NCBI GenBank assembly: GCA_049860595.1
Contig: CP187551.1
Strand: one strand, 5' to 3'
DNA: 64,000 bases
Source of the DNA: Methanocaldococcus sp. 16A
GTDB lineage: Archaea > AGJL01 > Methanococci > Methanococcales > Methanocaldococcaceae
Made by a program: the position numbers and the translations under genes. This document shows positions 11,201 to 22,389 of this stretch, in pieces. Numbering within the stretch: the first letter of the stretch is position 1; each line of letters begins with the position of its first letter. Under the pieces are notes generated by a model. That model did no database searches. It saw nothing but the letters and a program-made list of their open reading frames with translations, and was not told the DNA's origin.

Positions 11201-11863
11201 ATGCACATACCAGATGGATATTTAGGACCAATAACTTGCGCATTTTTTTATTTAATAATGTTATACTTTTGGTATAGAGGAATAAAAGAATTGAAAAAGT
11301 TACATCCAAAGCAAATACCCTTGTTAGGGATATTAACAGCGTTTTCATTCTTGGTAATGATGTATAATCTTCCTGTTCCAGATGGAACAACTGCCCATAT
11401 GGTTGGTGGGACATTAATAGCCATATTAATGGACAACCCTTGGGTAGCAACAATAGCAATATCTATTGTACTATTTATTCAAGCAATATTCTTTGGTGAT
11501 GGAGGAATAACAGCATTAGGAGCTAATTGTTTTAATATGGGTGTAGTTTTACCATTCGTTGGTTATTACACTTATAAATTCTTAAGAAATAAGGTTGGTG
11601 ATGTTATAGCAAGTGGTATAGGAGCATATGTGGGAATAGTAACAGCAGCAATTGTTGCTGGCTTTGAGTTTGGATTACAACCATTTATCCAGCCAGGTTA
11701 TTGTCCATATCCATTTACAGTATCAGTTCCTGCAATGGCATTTGCTCACTTAACAACAGCTGGTCCTGCAGCTGCGGTTGTAACTGCAGTAGTTGTATGG
11801 TATGTTAAAAAGGCAAGACCTGATTTATTCGAATTAACGAAGAAATCTATGGAGGTGAGCTAA
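11201..11863 (+). CDS. cbiM: Ni/Co ECF transporter substrate component CbiM/NikM
   Basis: N-terminal MHIPDGYL, GTTAH, QAIFFGDGG, LGANCFNM. Confidence 0.92.
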   Translation: MHIPDGYLGPITCAFFYLIMLYFWYRGIKELKKLHPKQIPLLGILTAFSFLVMMYNLPVPDGTTAHMVGGTLIAILMDNPWVATIAISIVLFIQAIFFGDGGITALGANCFNMGVVLPFVGYYTYKFLRNKVGDVIASGIGAYVGIVTAAIVAGFEFGLQPFIQPGYCPYPFTVSVPAMAFAHLTTAGPAAAVVTAVVVWYVKKARPDLFELTKKSMEVS

Positions 11864-11864
11864 T

Positions 11865-12206
11865 TTGATAGATTTTAAAGATCCATTAGTTAAAAAATTT
11901 TTATATGTGATTATTGCCATGATTATATTATGTCCTCTTGGAATTCTATTAGTATGGAACTATGGTGATGCTTGGGGAGAATGGGATGTTCATGAATTGG
12001 CAGAAAAAGTTCATGCTAATATTCAAGGTATGGAAGAACTTTCAGGAATTTGGAGTTATGCAATCCTTCCAGATTATGATGTTCCAGGATGGGATGACCC
12101 AGTTAAAGCGTCAATTGGTTATATAATTTCTGCAATTGTTGGAGTTATCTTATGCTTAGGGGCGTTTTATGGATTAACTAAAATCGTATATGCAAATCGT
12201 ACATAA
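11865..12206 (+). CDS. PDGLE/NikN-type additional ECF component
   Basis: Two TM helices flanking AWGEW...ILPDYDVPG; between cbiM and cbiQ; TTG start after GGAGGTGA. Confidence 0.8.
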   Translation: MIDFKDPLVKKFLYVIIAMIILCPLGILLVWNYGDAWGEWDVHELAEKVHANIQGMEELSGIWSYAILPDYDVPGWDDPVKASIGYIISAIVGVILCLGAFYGLTKIVYANRT

Positions 12207-12246
12207 TTATTTTTAATATTATTTTTTTATTTTTTTAATAAATTAG

Positions 12247-13083
12247 TTGGTGAAGCATGTGAAATTAATAAATAAAACAATTGAGCATGTAATAAAATAT
12301 ATCAGTGAGGCCGTTTTTTCAGAAAAATTTGCAAGAAATAAAGATGGTTTTTTACAAAAATTAGACCCAAGGATGAAAATGATGGGGTTAATTTTGTTAG
12401 TTATAACAACCGTTTCAATTAAGCACATTGAAGTGTTGTTATTTTTATATTTTGTATCTTTAATTTTTTGTTTATTATCAAGAATTCCTTTGATTTATTA
12501 TATAAAAAGAGTTTGGCTATTTATTCCTTTATTTACTGGGATAATAATATTTCCAGTAATATTTTTGACTCCAGGACATCCAATTTATGTAGTTTTAAAA
12601 AAACCTTATGTAGCCATTACCTATGAAGGTGTAAAATATGCATTATTATTTACACTTAGGGTAGCCACTGCAATATCATATACAGTTTTAATTACATTAA
12701 CCACGAGATGGGACGAGATAATGAAGGCACTTAACAGTTTAGGAGTTCCAGATATTGTTATAACTATAATGACGCTCGCATATAGGTATATATTTCTTTT
12801 ATTAAACAATGTTTTAGAAATGATGTATTCAAAAAAATCAAGATTATGTAGAAATTTAAAATTAAAGGAAAGTTGGATTGTGGCTGGTAAAAGTATGGGA
12901 GCTCTTTTTATAAAAACTCAAAGAATGGGAGAAGATATTTATTATTCTATGCTTTCAAGAGGATACTTAAATGAACCAAAGATTTTTACAGATTTTAAAA
13001 TTAAATATTATGACATAATCTTTCTATGTTTTATAATATTAATATCATTTATTTCATTAGGTTATGATAGGTTGATACTATGA
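12247..13083 (+). CDS. cbiQ: ECF transporter T component CbiQ/NikQ
   Basis: LQKLDPRMK, LAYRYIFLL, SMLSRGY. True start may be GTG 12259. Confidence 0.9.
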   Translation: MVKHVKLINKTIEHVIKYISEAVFSEKFARNKDGFLQKLDPRMKMMGLILLVITTVSIKHIEVLLFLYFVSLIFCLLSRIPLIYYIKRVWLFIPLFTGIIIFPVIFLTPGHPIYVVLKKPYVAITYEGVKYALLFTLRVATAISYTVLITLTTRWDEIMKALNSLGVPDIVITIMTLAYRYIFLLLNNVLEMMYSKKSRLCRNLKLKESWIVAGKSMGALFIKTQRMGEDIYYSMLSRGYLNEPKIFTDFKIKYYDIIFLCFIILISFISLGYDRLIL

Positions 13084-13931
13084 AACCATTGTATGAATTA
13101 AAGAATGTATCTTATCACTATCCCGATAAAACAGTAGCTTTGGATAATATTAATATGAAAATTTATGAAGGAGAGGTAGTGGCAATTATAGGACCAAATG
13201 GAGCTGGAAAAACTACGCTTTTAAAAATATTAGATGCCTTAGAATTTCCAAAAAAAGGAGAGGTATATTTTGAAGGAAAAAAATTAGAGGAAAGATTATT
13301 AAATAATAATGAATTTATGAAATATTTCAGAAAAAAGGTTGGATTTATATTTCAAGATCCAGATACTATGTTATTTAGCCCAACTGTTTGGGACGATGTG
13401 GCATTTGCTCCATTGCATCTTTATGATAAAGAGACAGCAATAAAAGTTACGGAAAAAATCATAAATGAAATGAATTTAAATCATATAAAAGATAAGCATC
13501 CCTACAACATTAGCGGTGGAGAAAAAAAGAAGTCATCAATTGCAGCTGTTTTATCAATAACCCCTGATGTCATACTTATGGATGAACCAACATCATATTT
13601 AGACCCAAAAAGTAGAAACTATATAATAGATTTAATAAAAAATTTAAAAAGTAAAAACAAAACTATAGTATTTGTTAGCCACGACCCAAATCTTATAACT
13701 CTCGCGGATAGATGTTATATTTTAAATAAAAAAATTATTGCTGAGGGAACTCCAAAAGAAATATTTAGCAATATAGAAATCTTAGAGAAAAATAATTTGG
13801 ATGTGCCTGAAATAACAAAATTATTTAAACTTCTATTAGAGGATAAAGATTTAAAAAATAAAATTGATACAAATAAATTACCTATAACAGTTGACGAGGC
13901 ATACACTATATTAAAGGATTTATTAAGATAG
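13080..13931 (+). CDS. cbiO: ECF transporter ATPase CbiO/NikO
   Basis: GPNGAGKT, ISGGEKK, ILMDEPT, SHD. Confidence 0.92.
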   Translation: MKPLYELKNVSYHYPDKTVALDNINMKIYEGEVVAIIGPNGAGKTTLLKILDALEFPKKGEVYFEGKKLEERLLNNNEFMKYFRKKVGFIFQDPDTMLFSPTVWDDVAFAPLHLYDKETAIKVTEKIINEMNLNHIKDKHPYNISGGEKKKSSIAAVLSITPDVILMDEPTSYLDPKSRNYIIDLIKNLKSKNKTIVFVSHDPNLITLADRCYILNKKIIAEGTPKEIFSNIEILEKNNLDVPEITKLFKLLLEDKDLKNKIDTNKLPITVDEAYTILKDLLR

Positions 13932-13971
13932 ATATTTTATTTTTTTAATATTTTAACTTTTTGGTGAAAAA

Positions 13972-14406
13972 ATGGATATTTTTGAGAGGTTGAAATCTTT
14001 TGGAATAACTATTGATAGCTTATTAAATGCAGGAATGGCTTTGTATATAGGGAATGATGAAGAAAAGAATAAGGTTAAAGAAAAACTTAAAGAGATATTG
14101 CTTAAAGAGTTAAATAATCCCAATGTCTCAACTTTATTAATTGCAGCAATTTTATTGGATAAAGAAGGGAAAGCTAATAATTTGCCATTCAACTATAAAG
14201 AAGACCCCAATTATGTATATGTTGATGAAGTTATTGGCTTAGCTATAGCAAATGAAATTGCTGGAACAAAGGCAATATTCAACTTTAGATTTTATGATGC
14301 TAAAAAACCAGGGATAATTGGGAAATTGGACAAAGAAGGTTTTATGTTTTTGGATGATGCCATAGCTGGATTGTTAGCTGGCTGTATGAGTAAGGTGTTT
14401 GAATAA
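13972..14406 (+). CDS. cobZ: Alpha-ribazole phosphatase CobZ (PgpA-like)
   Basis: DEVIGLAIANEIAG, FNFRFYDAKKPGI, FLDDAIAGL. Confidence 0.8.
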   Translation: MDIFERLKSFGITIDSLLNAGMALYIGNDEEKNKVKEKLKEILLKELNNPNVSTLLIAAILLDKEGKANNLPFNYKEDPNYVYVDEVIGLAIANEIAGTKAIFNFRFYDAKKPGIIGKLDKEGFMFLDDAIAGLLAGCMSKVFE

Positions 14407-14416
14407 ATAAAAATAA

Positions 14417-15598
14417 TTATTTTGCAGCAGAAACTATTTTAATTATATCATTATGATTTAATTCGTAATCAGCTCCAACTCTAATTTTCTTCTTTGCATC
14501 TATTGCGTAAATAAATTTGTCTCCTAACTCTGTATGCACTTTATAAGCCAATTCCTTTGCAGTAGTACCTTTTTTAACTAAAAAAGCGTCTGGTAATACA
14601 TTACCTTGCTTATCTGAAAATTTATTCTCATCTTCAACTGGATAAACAACAATCATATTTAACAAATCAAAGTATGCTCTATTTATACACTCTTGAACTC
14701 CTGTTCCTCCATATTTCTCTAAAAACTCTTTTATATAATCAAAAGCCCTTCTCATTTGCTCATTCACTTTACTTTCATCAATTATCTCAAAGTCATTTCC
14801 TTTTCTTTTTATAATTCCAGCTTTTTCTGCTCTTTTTAAAGCCAACTCTATTTCTGCAGATGTAGGAATAACAATATAATCTTCAAACTCTTTCTTTAAC
14901 CTTTCAATATTCTTCTCTGCATCTGGATGGTCTGCTTTATTCGCTGCAATAATCATTGGCTTTGATATCTTTCTTAATTTTTTAGCCAAGTTTAGTAAAT
15001 CTTCTTCAGTCCATTTAATTGGGCTTTCATCCATATCTCTAATAGCCATCTTTATATCATCTTCATCTATATTCAACCCACTCAATTGGTCTTTTAAAGC
15101 CTTAACTATATTCTTTTCTTGCTGAGCTCTTCTTGCCAATTTATCCCAATTTTTAGTTAAAATTCCATAAATCCACATATCTATTTCATTTAACAAAAAT
15201 TTAACATCTTCAACCGGGTTATAGTTTTCTGTTGGATTTCCTTCAGCGTCTGTCTTTCCAGAGGCATCTACAACTAAGATAAATGCATCTGCTTGCCTTA
15301 AATCATCTAAGAACTTATTTCCCATTCCCCTACCTTCATGTGCTCCAGGAACTAAACCTGCAACATCTATCACTTCTACTGGAATATATCTTATCCCATC
15401 TATACATTTTGAATTTCTTGGATTACACTTTATATTTAATTCCTTACAAGGGCAAGGGCTTGTTATATATGCTATTCCCTTATTAGGGTTTATTGTTGTA
15501 AATGGATAATTCCCAATCTCAGCAGGCTTTTCAGTTAAAGCATTAAACATTGTTGATTTTCCTACATTTGGCTTTCCTACTAATCCAATCATTGCCAA
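14417..15598 (-). CDS. ychF: YchF/Obg-like ATPase with TGS domain
   Basis: GKPNVGKST, NYPFTTI, DVAGLV, ANKAD and a C-terminal TGS domain. Confidence 0.92.
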   Translation of the reverse strand: MAMIGLVGKPNVGKSTMFNALTEKPAEIGNYPFTTINPNKGIAYITSPCPCKELNIKCNPRNSKCIDGIRYIPVEVIDVAGLVPGAHEGRGMGNKFLDDLRQADAFILVVDASGKTDAEGNPTENYNPVEDVKFLLNEIDMWIYGILTKNWDKLARRAQQEKNIVKALKDQLSGLNIDEDDIKMAIRDMDESPIKWTEEDLLNLAKKLRKISKPMIIAANKADHPDAEKNIERLKKEFEDYIVIPTSAEIELALKRAEKAGIIKRKGNDFEIIDESKVNEQMRRAFDYIKEFLEKYGGTGVQECINRAYFDLLNMIVVYPVEDENKFSDKQGNVLPDAFLVKKGTTAKELAYKVHTELGDKFIYAIDAKKKIRVGADYELNHNDIIKIVSAAK

Positions 15599-15707
15599 GT
15601 TCTCACCGCTTTCTTGTGATTAATAAACAAAATTATTTATATAACAATAGTATGATAAAGTATTTGATATTATTGTTTATACATGTCATGAATTACATGG
15701 TGAAATA

Positions 15708-15959
15708 ATGCCTTCTGAAAAAATTCAAGAAATAATAAATGAATTAGATAATTTGAAAAATAGAGAAGGAAAATACATTGAGTTAATTGCTACAGTTGAA
15801 TATCTCTTAAACTTGGTAGAGCCTTCAAAAAGAGAAAAATTTAAAGAAGCATTGTATGATGCTGAAACTGTTGAAGATGTTTATGAGCTTATAAAAGCAA
15901 TAAAATTACAGCTTGGAATACAAGGTGCAAGAAGGTATTTATTATCTTCTACTGAGTAA
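15708..15959 (+). CDS. Small hypothetical helical protein
   Basis: 83 aa, GGTGA RBS, T-rich tract downstream. Confidence 0.7.
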   Translation: MPSEKIQEIINELDNLKNREGKYIELIATVEYLLNLVEPSKREKFKEALYDAETVEDVYELIKAIKLQLGIQGARRYLLSSTE

Positions 15960-15986
15960 TAATAAATTTATTTTATTATTTTTAAT

Positions 15987-16400
15987 TTAATTTGAGATGG
16001 AGAGTAATATAACTCCAATGATTATAAAAATTACACCAATCATCTGTGATATTGATAATGTCTCTTTTAAAAATAGTATTGATAAAGCTACTGTTATTGC
16101 TGGACCTATTGATGATAATGGAACTACAATACTCGCTTTTCCTTTATATAATGCATAATATAACAATAAAGAGCCAACCACTACCAATACTGCTGATATT
16201 ATCGCATAAGTAAGAATTTTTTGCTCAGTTATAATTATATTTTTATATTTGATTAGTATAAATATACATAATATAATTCCAACTATATTTACCACTATCC
16301 ATTGAAATAAAGGGTTTTTTTCACAAACGATTTTTGCAAAAAATGTCCCAATACCATAAAATACAGCAACTAAGAGACCTAAAATTATAGCAATATCCAT
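15987..16400 (-). CDS. EamA/DMT family transporter (single repeat)
   Basis: Five TM segments; YYALYKGKASIVVPL...LFLKETLS. Confidence 0.85.
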   Translation of the reverse strand: MDIAIILGLLVAVFYGIGTFFAKIVCEKNPLFQWIVVNIVGIILCIFILIKYKNIIITEQKILTYAIISAVLVVVGSLLLYYALYKGKASIVVPLSSIGPAITVALSILFLKETLSISQMIGVIFIIIGVILLSISN

Positions 16401-16464
16401 AATATCCCACAAAAATTATAGTTTTATGATAAATATAATAACAAATAAAATATTATTTAAAAAA

Positions 16465-17316
16465 TTATAGATTCTTAACAAACTCCTTTAAAAATTCTTT
16501 AAATTCTGGACACTTTTCAACACCAATCTCTACATTTGCTTTCAACCATCCAAGAACATCTCCAATATCGTATCTCTTACAGTTAATTTCAACTCCTATA
16601 ATATCTTCCTCTTTTAATAACAAGTTCATAGCATCTGTAATTTGAACTTCTCCCCCTCTTCCTGGTGGAGTTTGTTTAATTTTTTCAAATATTTTTGGAG
16701 AGAGTAAATAAGCCCCTGTTATAATTAAATTTGAAGGAGCTTCTTCTACTTTTGGTTTTTCTACCATATTTTTTATTTTATAAATTCCTTCCTCTATTTC
16801 TTCCCCATCAATTACTCCATACTTATAAACATCTTCCTTAGGAACTCTCTCTAAGGCTATAACTGAACAACCATATTTTTCATGGGCTTTTATTAAATCT
16901 TTTACAATATTTTTAGAGTAAATTGTATCTCCAACCATTGCTATAAAGTATTCTTCTCCAACAAACTTCTCTCCGTATAAAATAGCATCTCCCAACCCTT
17001 TCTGCTCTTTCTGCCTTACATAAAAAATATTTCCTAAATTATCAATTTCTTTAATAATTTTTAAAAGCTCAAATTTTCCAGATTTTTCTAATTTACATTC
17101 TAACTCATAATTCATATCAAAATGATTTTCTATTGCATGCTTTCCCTTTCCTGTTACAAATAAAATATCTCTTATTCCTGCTTCCACCAAATCTTCAACA
17201 ACATACTGGACTATTGGCTTATTAACTACTGGAAGCATCTCTTTTGGTTGTGCCTTAGTTATTGGCAACAATCGGGTTCCAAAACCTGCTACTGGAATCA
17301 CGGCTTTCTTTATCAT
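16465..17316 (-). CDS. galU: UTP--glucose-1-phosphate uridylyltransferase
   Basis: KAVIPVAGFGTRLLPITKAQPKEMLP, VEKP, GEVQITDA. Confidence 0.92.
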   Translation of the reverse strand: MIKKAVIPVAGFGTRLLPITKAQPKEMLPVVNKPIVQYVVEDLVEAGIRDILFVTGKGKHAIENHFDMNYELECKLEKSGKFELLKIIKEIDNLGNIFYVRQKEQKGLGDAILYGEKFVGEEYFIAMVGDTIYSKNIVKDLIKAHEKYGCSVIALERVPKEDVYKYGVIDGEEIEEGIYKIKNMVEKPKVEEAPSNLIITGAYLLSPKIFEKIKQTPPGRGGEVQITDAMNLLLKEEDIIGVEINCKRYDIGDVLGWLKANVEIGVEKCPEFKEFLKEFVKNL

Positions 17317-17408
17317 GTTCTCCCTTTAAGTAAATTTATTTAAAGTAATAGTTATATTTTATTTATTGGGTGTATAAATAACTTTCAAAAAATGTGTAGG
17401 TGGAAGAG

Positions 17409-19196
17409 ATGCTGAATAGGTTGAAATATTATCTCATTATTTTTGTTGTTTTATCTTTATCTATAGCTAATGCCCAAAATCATATAAATCCAGAAGAGTT
17501 AGAGAAAGATGATGAATTTACCTACAACTATTTTAATGATATTCTTAAAGAATTTGCAGATGTTTTGAATGAGATGGTTTTTGATAATCCAGAGTATTTA
17601 AATGATTCAATAGATATTTATAAAAAACTTGAAAAAACACGAGAGGAGATATTAATATATAAGTCAAAAAATATAGAGAGTCCTTCAGAATATATTATTA
17701 ATCCCTTTTATGAATTTTCAAAAGAGCTTATGCATTTATGTGAGTTGAATAAAGAGTTAGAAGATGATTTATCTAAAAATACAACTGACAGTTTGCATAC
17801 TGCAACATTAAAAATTGTTGAAATAGATAAAACGATAAATAATATGGAAACACTGTTAGATGAAATAGATAATATCTCTATATTAAAGAAAGGAAATGAA
17901 ACGTTAAAGTTTAATACCTTAGATGTTAGAAAATATTTGGAATTGTATAAGAAGAGGTTTTCAAAATATGAAAACATAACAATAACAAATCTAACAATAG
18001 ATGTATCAAACAAAAATCCTGTATTATTTGAAAATATAACAATATATGGAATTGGAGAGAATGGATACGTTATAATACATATAGATAATGAAGAAAATAA
18101 AACTTACAATCTAACAGTAAAAAATCATTCATTTCTAATGAAGTATAGCTTTAATAGGACCGGAATCTATAAAATATATGCTACACAAAATGGGAATATG
18201 TCTAATATAGTTTATGTTAATGTGTCAAGGATTCCAAGTTATATAGTTGTAGATAATAACTACACAGCTTATGTTGGTGAGGAAATAAAAATTAATGGAA
18301 AGTTAATAGATTACTATGGAAATCCTATAAAAAATACTACAATCTTTGTAAATAATAAAATTATACATGTAGATGATAATGGAACATTTACTATTGTTGA
18401 GTTTTCTCTAATACCATTATTGAAACACATTAATTTAATATTTAAAGGAAATGAAATTTATAAACCAGCTAATAAAACAGTTAATGTTGAGTTTTTAAAG
18501 TATCCTGTAAAAATAACTATCTATACAGATAAAAACAACATCTCTATTAATGAACCATTAACGATTTATGGTAATGTTGAGGGATTAAAGAGAACTTCTG
18601 ACATTTGTATATTTGTTAATGACAATTTATATAAAATAGTAAAAACTAATGGAACTTTTAAGACGAATATATCCTTTAACTCCTCGGGAGATTATGTAAT
18701 TTATGCGTTTTATAATGGAGATGAGTACCATGAAAGTTGTAAATCAAACATTATAAAAATTCATGTTAAAGAAAATTCTCCTATAGTATTTATTATATTA
18801 GGAATTGTAGCATTGGGATTGATAATTGGTTATCTATATAAAAATAAAGTATCTAAACAGCCTAAGTATGATGAAGAGGAAATAGTTGTTAAAGAGAGTA
18901 TTGTAGAACCTAAAGAAGTAGAAGAAAAAAATGACGAAGAAATACCTAATGATATTAGAGAAGCGTATAAATTTATTTTCAATAAAATTACATCAAGATA
19001 TAATTTGCCAAAAAATCTAACTCCAAGAGAACTTCTCAACATTATAAAAGAGAAAAAACCTGATTTATATGATGATTTGAAGATTATAACTAAAATTCAT
19101 GAAAATTGTGTTTATAGAGGAATTGAAGTTAATTCCAGTTTAAGAGAAGAGTTTTTTAAAAGAATAAATAAAATCTTGAGGGAAATTAATGAATAA
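17409..19196 (+). CDS. Membrane-anchored surface protein with Ig-like repeats and a C-terminal DUF4129-like domain
   Basis: Signal peptide, helical N-domain, beta-rich repeats, TM helix near residue 465, cytoplasmic LTPREL motif; about 20 NxS/T sequons. Confidence 0.7.
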   Translation: MLNRLKYYLIIFVVLSLSIANAQNHINPEELEKDDEFTYNYFNDILKEFADVLNEMVFDNPEYLNDSIDIYKKLEKTREEILIYKSKNIESPSEYIINPFYEFSKELMHLCELNKELEDDLSKNTTDSLHTATLKIVEIDKTINNMETLLDEIDNISILKKGNETLKFNTLDVRKYLELYKKRFSKYENITITNLTIDVSNKNPVLFENITIYGIGENGYVIIHIDNEENKTYNLTVKNHSFLMKYSFNRTGIYKIYATQNGNMSNIVYVNVSRIPSYIVVDNNYTAYVGEEIKINGKLIDYYGNPIKNTTIFVNNKIIHVDDNGTFTIVEFSLIPLLKHINLIFKGNEIYKPANKTVNVEFLKYPVKITIYTDKNNISINEPLTIYGNVEGLKRTSDICIFVNDNLYKIVKTNGTFKTNISFNSSGDYVIYAFYNGDEYHESCKSNIIKIHVKENSPIVFIILGIVALGLIIGYLYKNKVSKQPKYDEEEIVVKESIVEPKEVEEKNDEEIPNDIREAYKFIFNKITSRYNLPKNLTPRELLNIIKEKKPDLYDDLKIITKIHENCVYRGIEVNSSLREEFFKRINKILREINE

Positions 19197-20178
19197 GTAT
19201 TTGAAATATGTGATTCTTGCATGTATTGGAGTGGCGTTGTTATCTTTACCTGTTGGAGTACCTACAATAAAAACTTTTGCTGATTATAGTATATTTAATA
19301 CAAAATGGAACGGATGTTCAAAATTTGCCAAGATGGTTTACGAAAAAGGAAAAATAACTCCTTTAATCTCCCCTTACAACACCTATGATTTTTCAAAAAT
19401 GAATGGTGTTTTGTTTATTATTGGGCCTAATCTTGATTTTTCTAAGTATGAAATTGAAAATATAAAAAAATTTTTAGAAAATGGAAATACAGTTGTTATA
19501 GCGGATGATTTTGGCACAGCAAATGAAATTCTTAAAGGTTTAAATTTATCATTGAGAATATCAAATACTAAGGTTAATGACCTCTTTTATTATAAAAATG
19601 ATAATTTAATAGTAACATGCAAAGTTAAAAATTTCAATGGAAATGTTACATTGAATATTCCAGCATATATTAACGCAAATAATGGTATAATATTAACAAG
19701 TTCCGTTTCTGTTAGCAAAGGTAAACAAAGGGCTTATCCAATAATGGTTGAAACCAACTACTCAAATGGAAAGATTATTATAATCTCAGACCCTGACATT
19801 TTTATAAATGGAATGTATAAATTTAATAGTAAATTTTGGGAAGATTTTTTAAGACATATAAACGCTGGGACTTATTATTTTGATGAGGTTCATCATTCAG
19901 GATTTAGTCCTTATGATATTGGTGTTGTTTATATACACAGTTCAGTCTCAAAAAATGAAATGTTTATAATATTTTTTATTGTAATGGTTTTTGGGTATTT
20001 AAATGAAAGTGGATTTCTTGTTAAGATACTTAATAGATTAGCTAAGGTTTTAAACAGAGGAAATAATTTAGATATTAAAAAAATTGCTGAAGAAAACAAC
20101 ATTAATTATGAAGATTTGAAAGAGTTCCTTGAAATAGTTAGAGAAGGTAGAAAATATGGAAGGAAAAGAGTTTCTTAA
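19189..20178 (+). CDS. DUF4350-domain membrane protein
   Basis: YSIFNTKWNGCS, VIADDFG, ISDPDIFINGM, FDEVH; typical position upstream of MoxR. Confidence 0.75.
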   Translation: MNKYLKYVILACIGVALLSLPVGVPTIKTFADYSIFNTKWNGCSKFAKMVYEKGKITPLISPYNTYDFSKMNGVLFIIGPNLDFSKYEIENIKKFLENGNTVVIADDFGTANEILKGLNLSLRISNTKVNDLFYYKNDNLIVTCKVKNFNGNVTLNIPAYINANNGIILTSSVSVSKGKQRAYPIMVETNYSNGKIIIISDPDIFINGMYKFNSKFWEDFLRHINAGTYYFDEVHHSGFSPYDIGVVYIHSSVSKNEMFIIFFIVMVFGYLNESGFLVKILNRLAKVLNRGNNLDIKKIAEENNINYEDLKEFLEIVREGRKYGRKRVS

Positions 20179-21085
20179 AAAAATAGAAAAAGAAATGGAA
20201 AAATGTATTGTCGGAAAAAAAGAGGTTATAAAACTTTTAACAATAGCTTTATTAGCTAATGGGCATGTCCTATTGGAAGGGAATCCAGGAATTGCGAAAA
20301 CAACAATAGCCAAAAATTTTGCAAAGTTATTTGGCTTAAAATTTTCAAGAATACAACTGACTCCAGATACAATGCCAAGTGACATTATTGGGATAAATTA
20401 TTATAATCAAAAGACTGGAAACTTTGAGATTAAAAAAGGCCCAATATTTGCAAATATTGTGTTGGCAGATGAGATAAATAGAACTCCTCCAAAAACACAA
20501 TCCGCTTTATTGGAGGCTATGCAAGAAAGACAAGTAACTATTGAAGGAAATGTTTTTGAACTTCCTAAGCCATTTATGCTAATAGCAACAAAAAATCCAA
20601 TAGAGCATGAAGGTGTTTATGAACTACCTGAAGCACAGTTAGATAGGTTTATGTTTAAGATTAATTTAGAGTATCCTAAGAAGGATGAAGAAATTGAAAT
20701 GTTAAAAAAGAAACATTTAGGTAATTTTTGGGAAGTAAATTCCGTAATATCGGAGGTTGATTTAAAGTATGCATACATTGGAGTTAAAGATGTTCATGTA
20801 AGTGATGAGATTTTGGAATATATAGTTAATATTGTTAATGCAACAAGGACTGATGATAGATTGCTTTATGGTGCTTCCCCAAGAGCTTCGGAGCATTTAC
20901 TATTTGCCTCAAAGGCCTTAGCTTTTTTAAATGGAAGGAAGTATGTTATTCCAGATGATGTTAAAGAACTTGCATTCTATGTTTTAAATCATAAAATTAG
21001 AGTTAAGGCAGAGTATGAAATGGAAGATATTAATGTAAAAGATGTTATTGAAGATATATTAAAAAACACTGAAGTTCCAAAGTGA
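20156..21085 (+). CDS. moxR: MoxR family AAA+ ATPase
   Basis: GHVLLEGNPGIAKT, RIQLTPD, LADEINRTPPKTQSALLEAM, LPEAQLDRF. Confidence 0.93.
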   Translation: MEGKEFLKKIEKEMEKCIVGKKEVIKLLTIALLANGHVLLEGNPGIAKTTIAKNFAKLFGLKFSRIQLTPDTMPSDIIGINYYNQKTGNFEIKKGPIFANIVLADEINRTPPKTQSALLEAMQERQVTIEGNVFELPKPFMLIATKNPIEHEGVYELPEAQLDRFMFKINLEYPKKDEEIEMLKKKHLGNFWEVNSVISEVDLKYAYIGVKDVHVSDEILEYIVNIVNATRTDDRLLYGASPRASEHLLFASKALAFLNGRKYVIPDDVKELAFYVLNHKIRVKAEYEMEDINVKDVIEDILKNTEVPK

Positions 21086-21090
21086 TTTTT

Positions 21091-22389
21091 ATGAATAAAG
21101 AAGATTTGTTAATTTTTACAAGTATTTTATTATTTGCTCAAGGATATTTATTTGTTAATGTAATTCCCCCACTACTTGGATTGAGTATTATTTTGTTTTT
21201 ATTGGGTTTGAGATATTCATTCAATCCATTAATTAGTTGTGATGTTGAAATATTAAATAAAGAGGTTATTGAAAATGATGAAATAAGGTTTATATTTAAG
21301 ATAAAGAATATGTCAAAAATTCCTTTAAAAATTAGAATTTTTGGAAGTAATGATGATTTTTTTTGGGAGGTTCCAAGTTTGTTGTTAAATTCTGGAGAGT
21401 ATAGAGAGGCTGAGGTTAAATTAAAACCTAAGAAAAAGGGCAGTTTTACAATTAAAGAATTCATCTTAAAAGTTTGTGATGTTTATGAAATATACTCCAA
21501 AGACATCTTTATAAAAAAGGAATTTACTGTAAATGTATATCCATCTATTGATAGTATTAAAAAGGGAGTTATAAGAGATAAAAATATAAAACTTGGTATG
21601 GATGCGTTGACATCACTAAAAATTGGTATGAGAAGTTTAGAGTTTGATTCTTTGAGGGAATATCAAATAGGAGATGACATTAAATATATTGATTGGAAGG
21701 CAACGGCAAAAACAGGGGAGTTGATAGTAAGAGAATTTTTGAGGGAACATTATGGAGATTTATATATCCTTGTGGATGTTAGTAGAGAGTTTCTAAAAGA
21801 GATTACTTCAAAGAAATCAAAGGTTGATTATTTGAGTTTGTTGATATCTCAATTAGCTTATTTCTTCACATCAAAAAATATAAACTTTGAAATAATATTC
21901 TTTGATAATGTTAAAGTTAAAAAGACAATATCTAATCCTAAAATTGAAGTTATAAAAAATTTTATTGAAGAACTTAAACCTTCAAAGGGGATTCCAAGTT
22001 TAAAAATTTCTTTTGAGAATAAAATAAATTTAAAATTTTTAAAGTTCGTATCTCCATTATTAAAGGGTTCTATTAGTGGAATTACATTGGCATCCAATAA
22101 AGTAAAACCAAATAGTTCAGTTATTATTATAACTGATATTGGGTTAAGAGGGAGGGAATTGGTAGGGGTTATTAATAATCTCAAAAAGAAAAATGTTAAA
22201 GTATATGTTTTATCCTTAAATCCAATACTGTTTATTGATGAGGATAGATTGGATGAATATAATATCCCAAAACTTTATAGAAGATATATTGAGAGGGAGG
22301 AGTTGATTAAAAAGATAACATCTCTTTGTCCTATTTTAGATGTAGGTCCTGGAGATTTAGTTGATAATATGTTGGAGGGCATAAAATGA
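21091..22389 (+). CDS. DUF58-domain protein (vWA-like, MoxR partner)
   Basis: EFDSLREYQIGDDIKYIDWKATAK signature; N-terminal TM segments. Confidence 0.88.
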   Translation: MNKEDLLIFTSILLFAQGYLFVNVIPPLLGLSIILFLLGLRYSFNPLISCDVEILNKEVIENDEIRFIFKIKNMSKIPLKIRIFGSNDDFFWEVPSLLLNSGEYREAEVKLKPKKKGSFTIKEFILKVCDVYEIYSKDIFIKKEFTVNVYPSIDSIKKGVIRDKNIKLGMDALTSLKIGMRSLEFDSLREYQIGDDIKYIDWKATAKTGELIVREFLREHYGDLYILVDVSREFLKEITSKKSKVDYLSLLISQLAYFFTSKNINFEIIFFDNVKVKKTISNPKIEVIKNFIEELKPSKGIPSLKISFENKINLKFLKFVSPLLKGSISGITLASNKVKPNSSVIIITDIGLRGRELVGVINNLKKKNVKVYVLSLNPILFIDEDRLDEYNIPKLYRRYIEREELIKKITSLCPILDVGPGDLVDNMLEGIK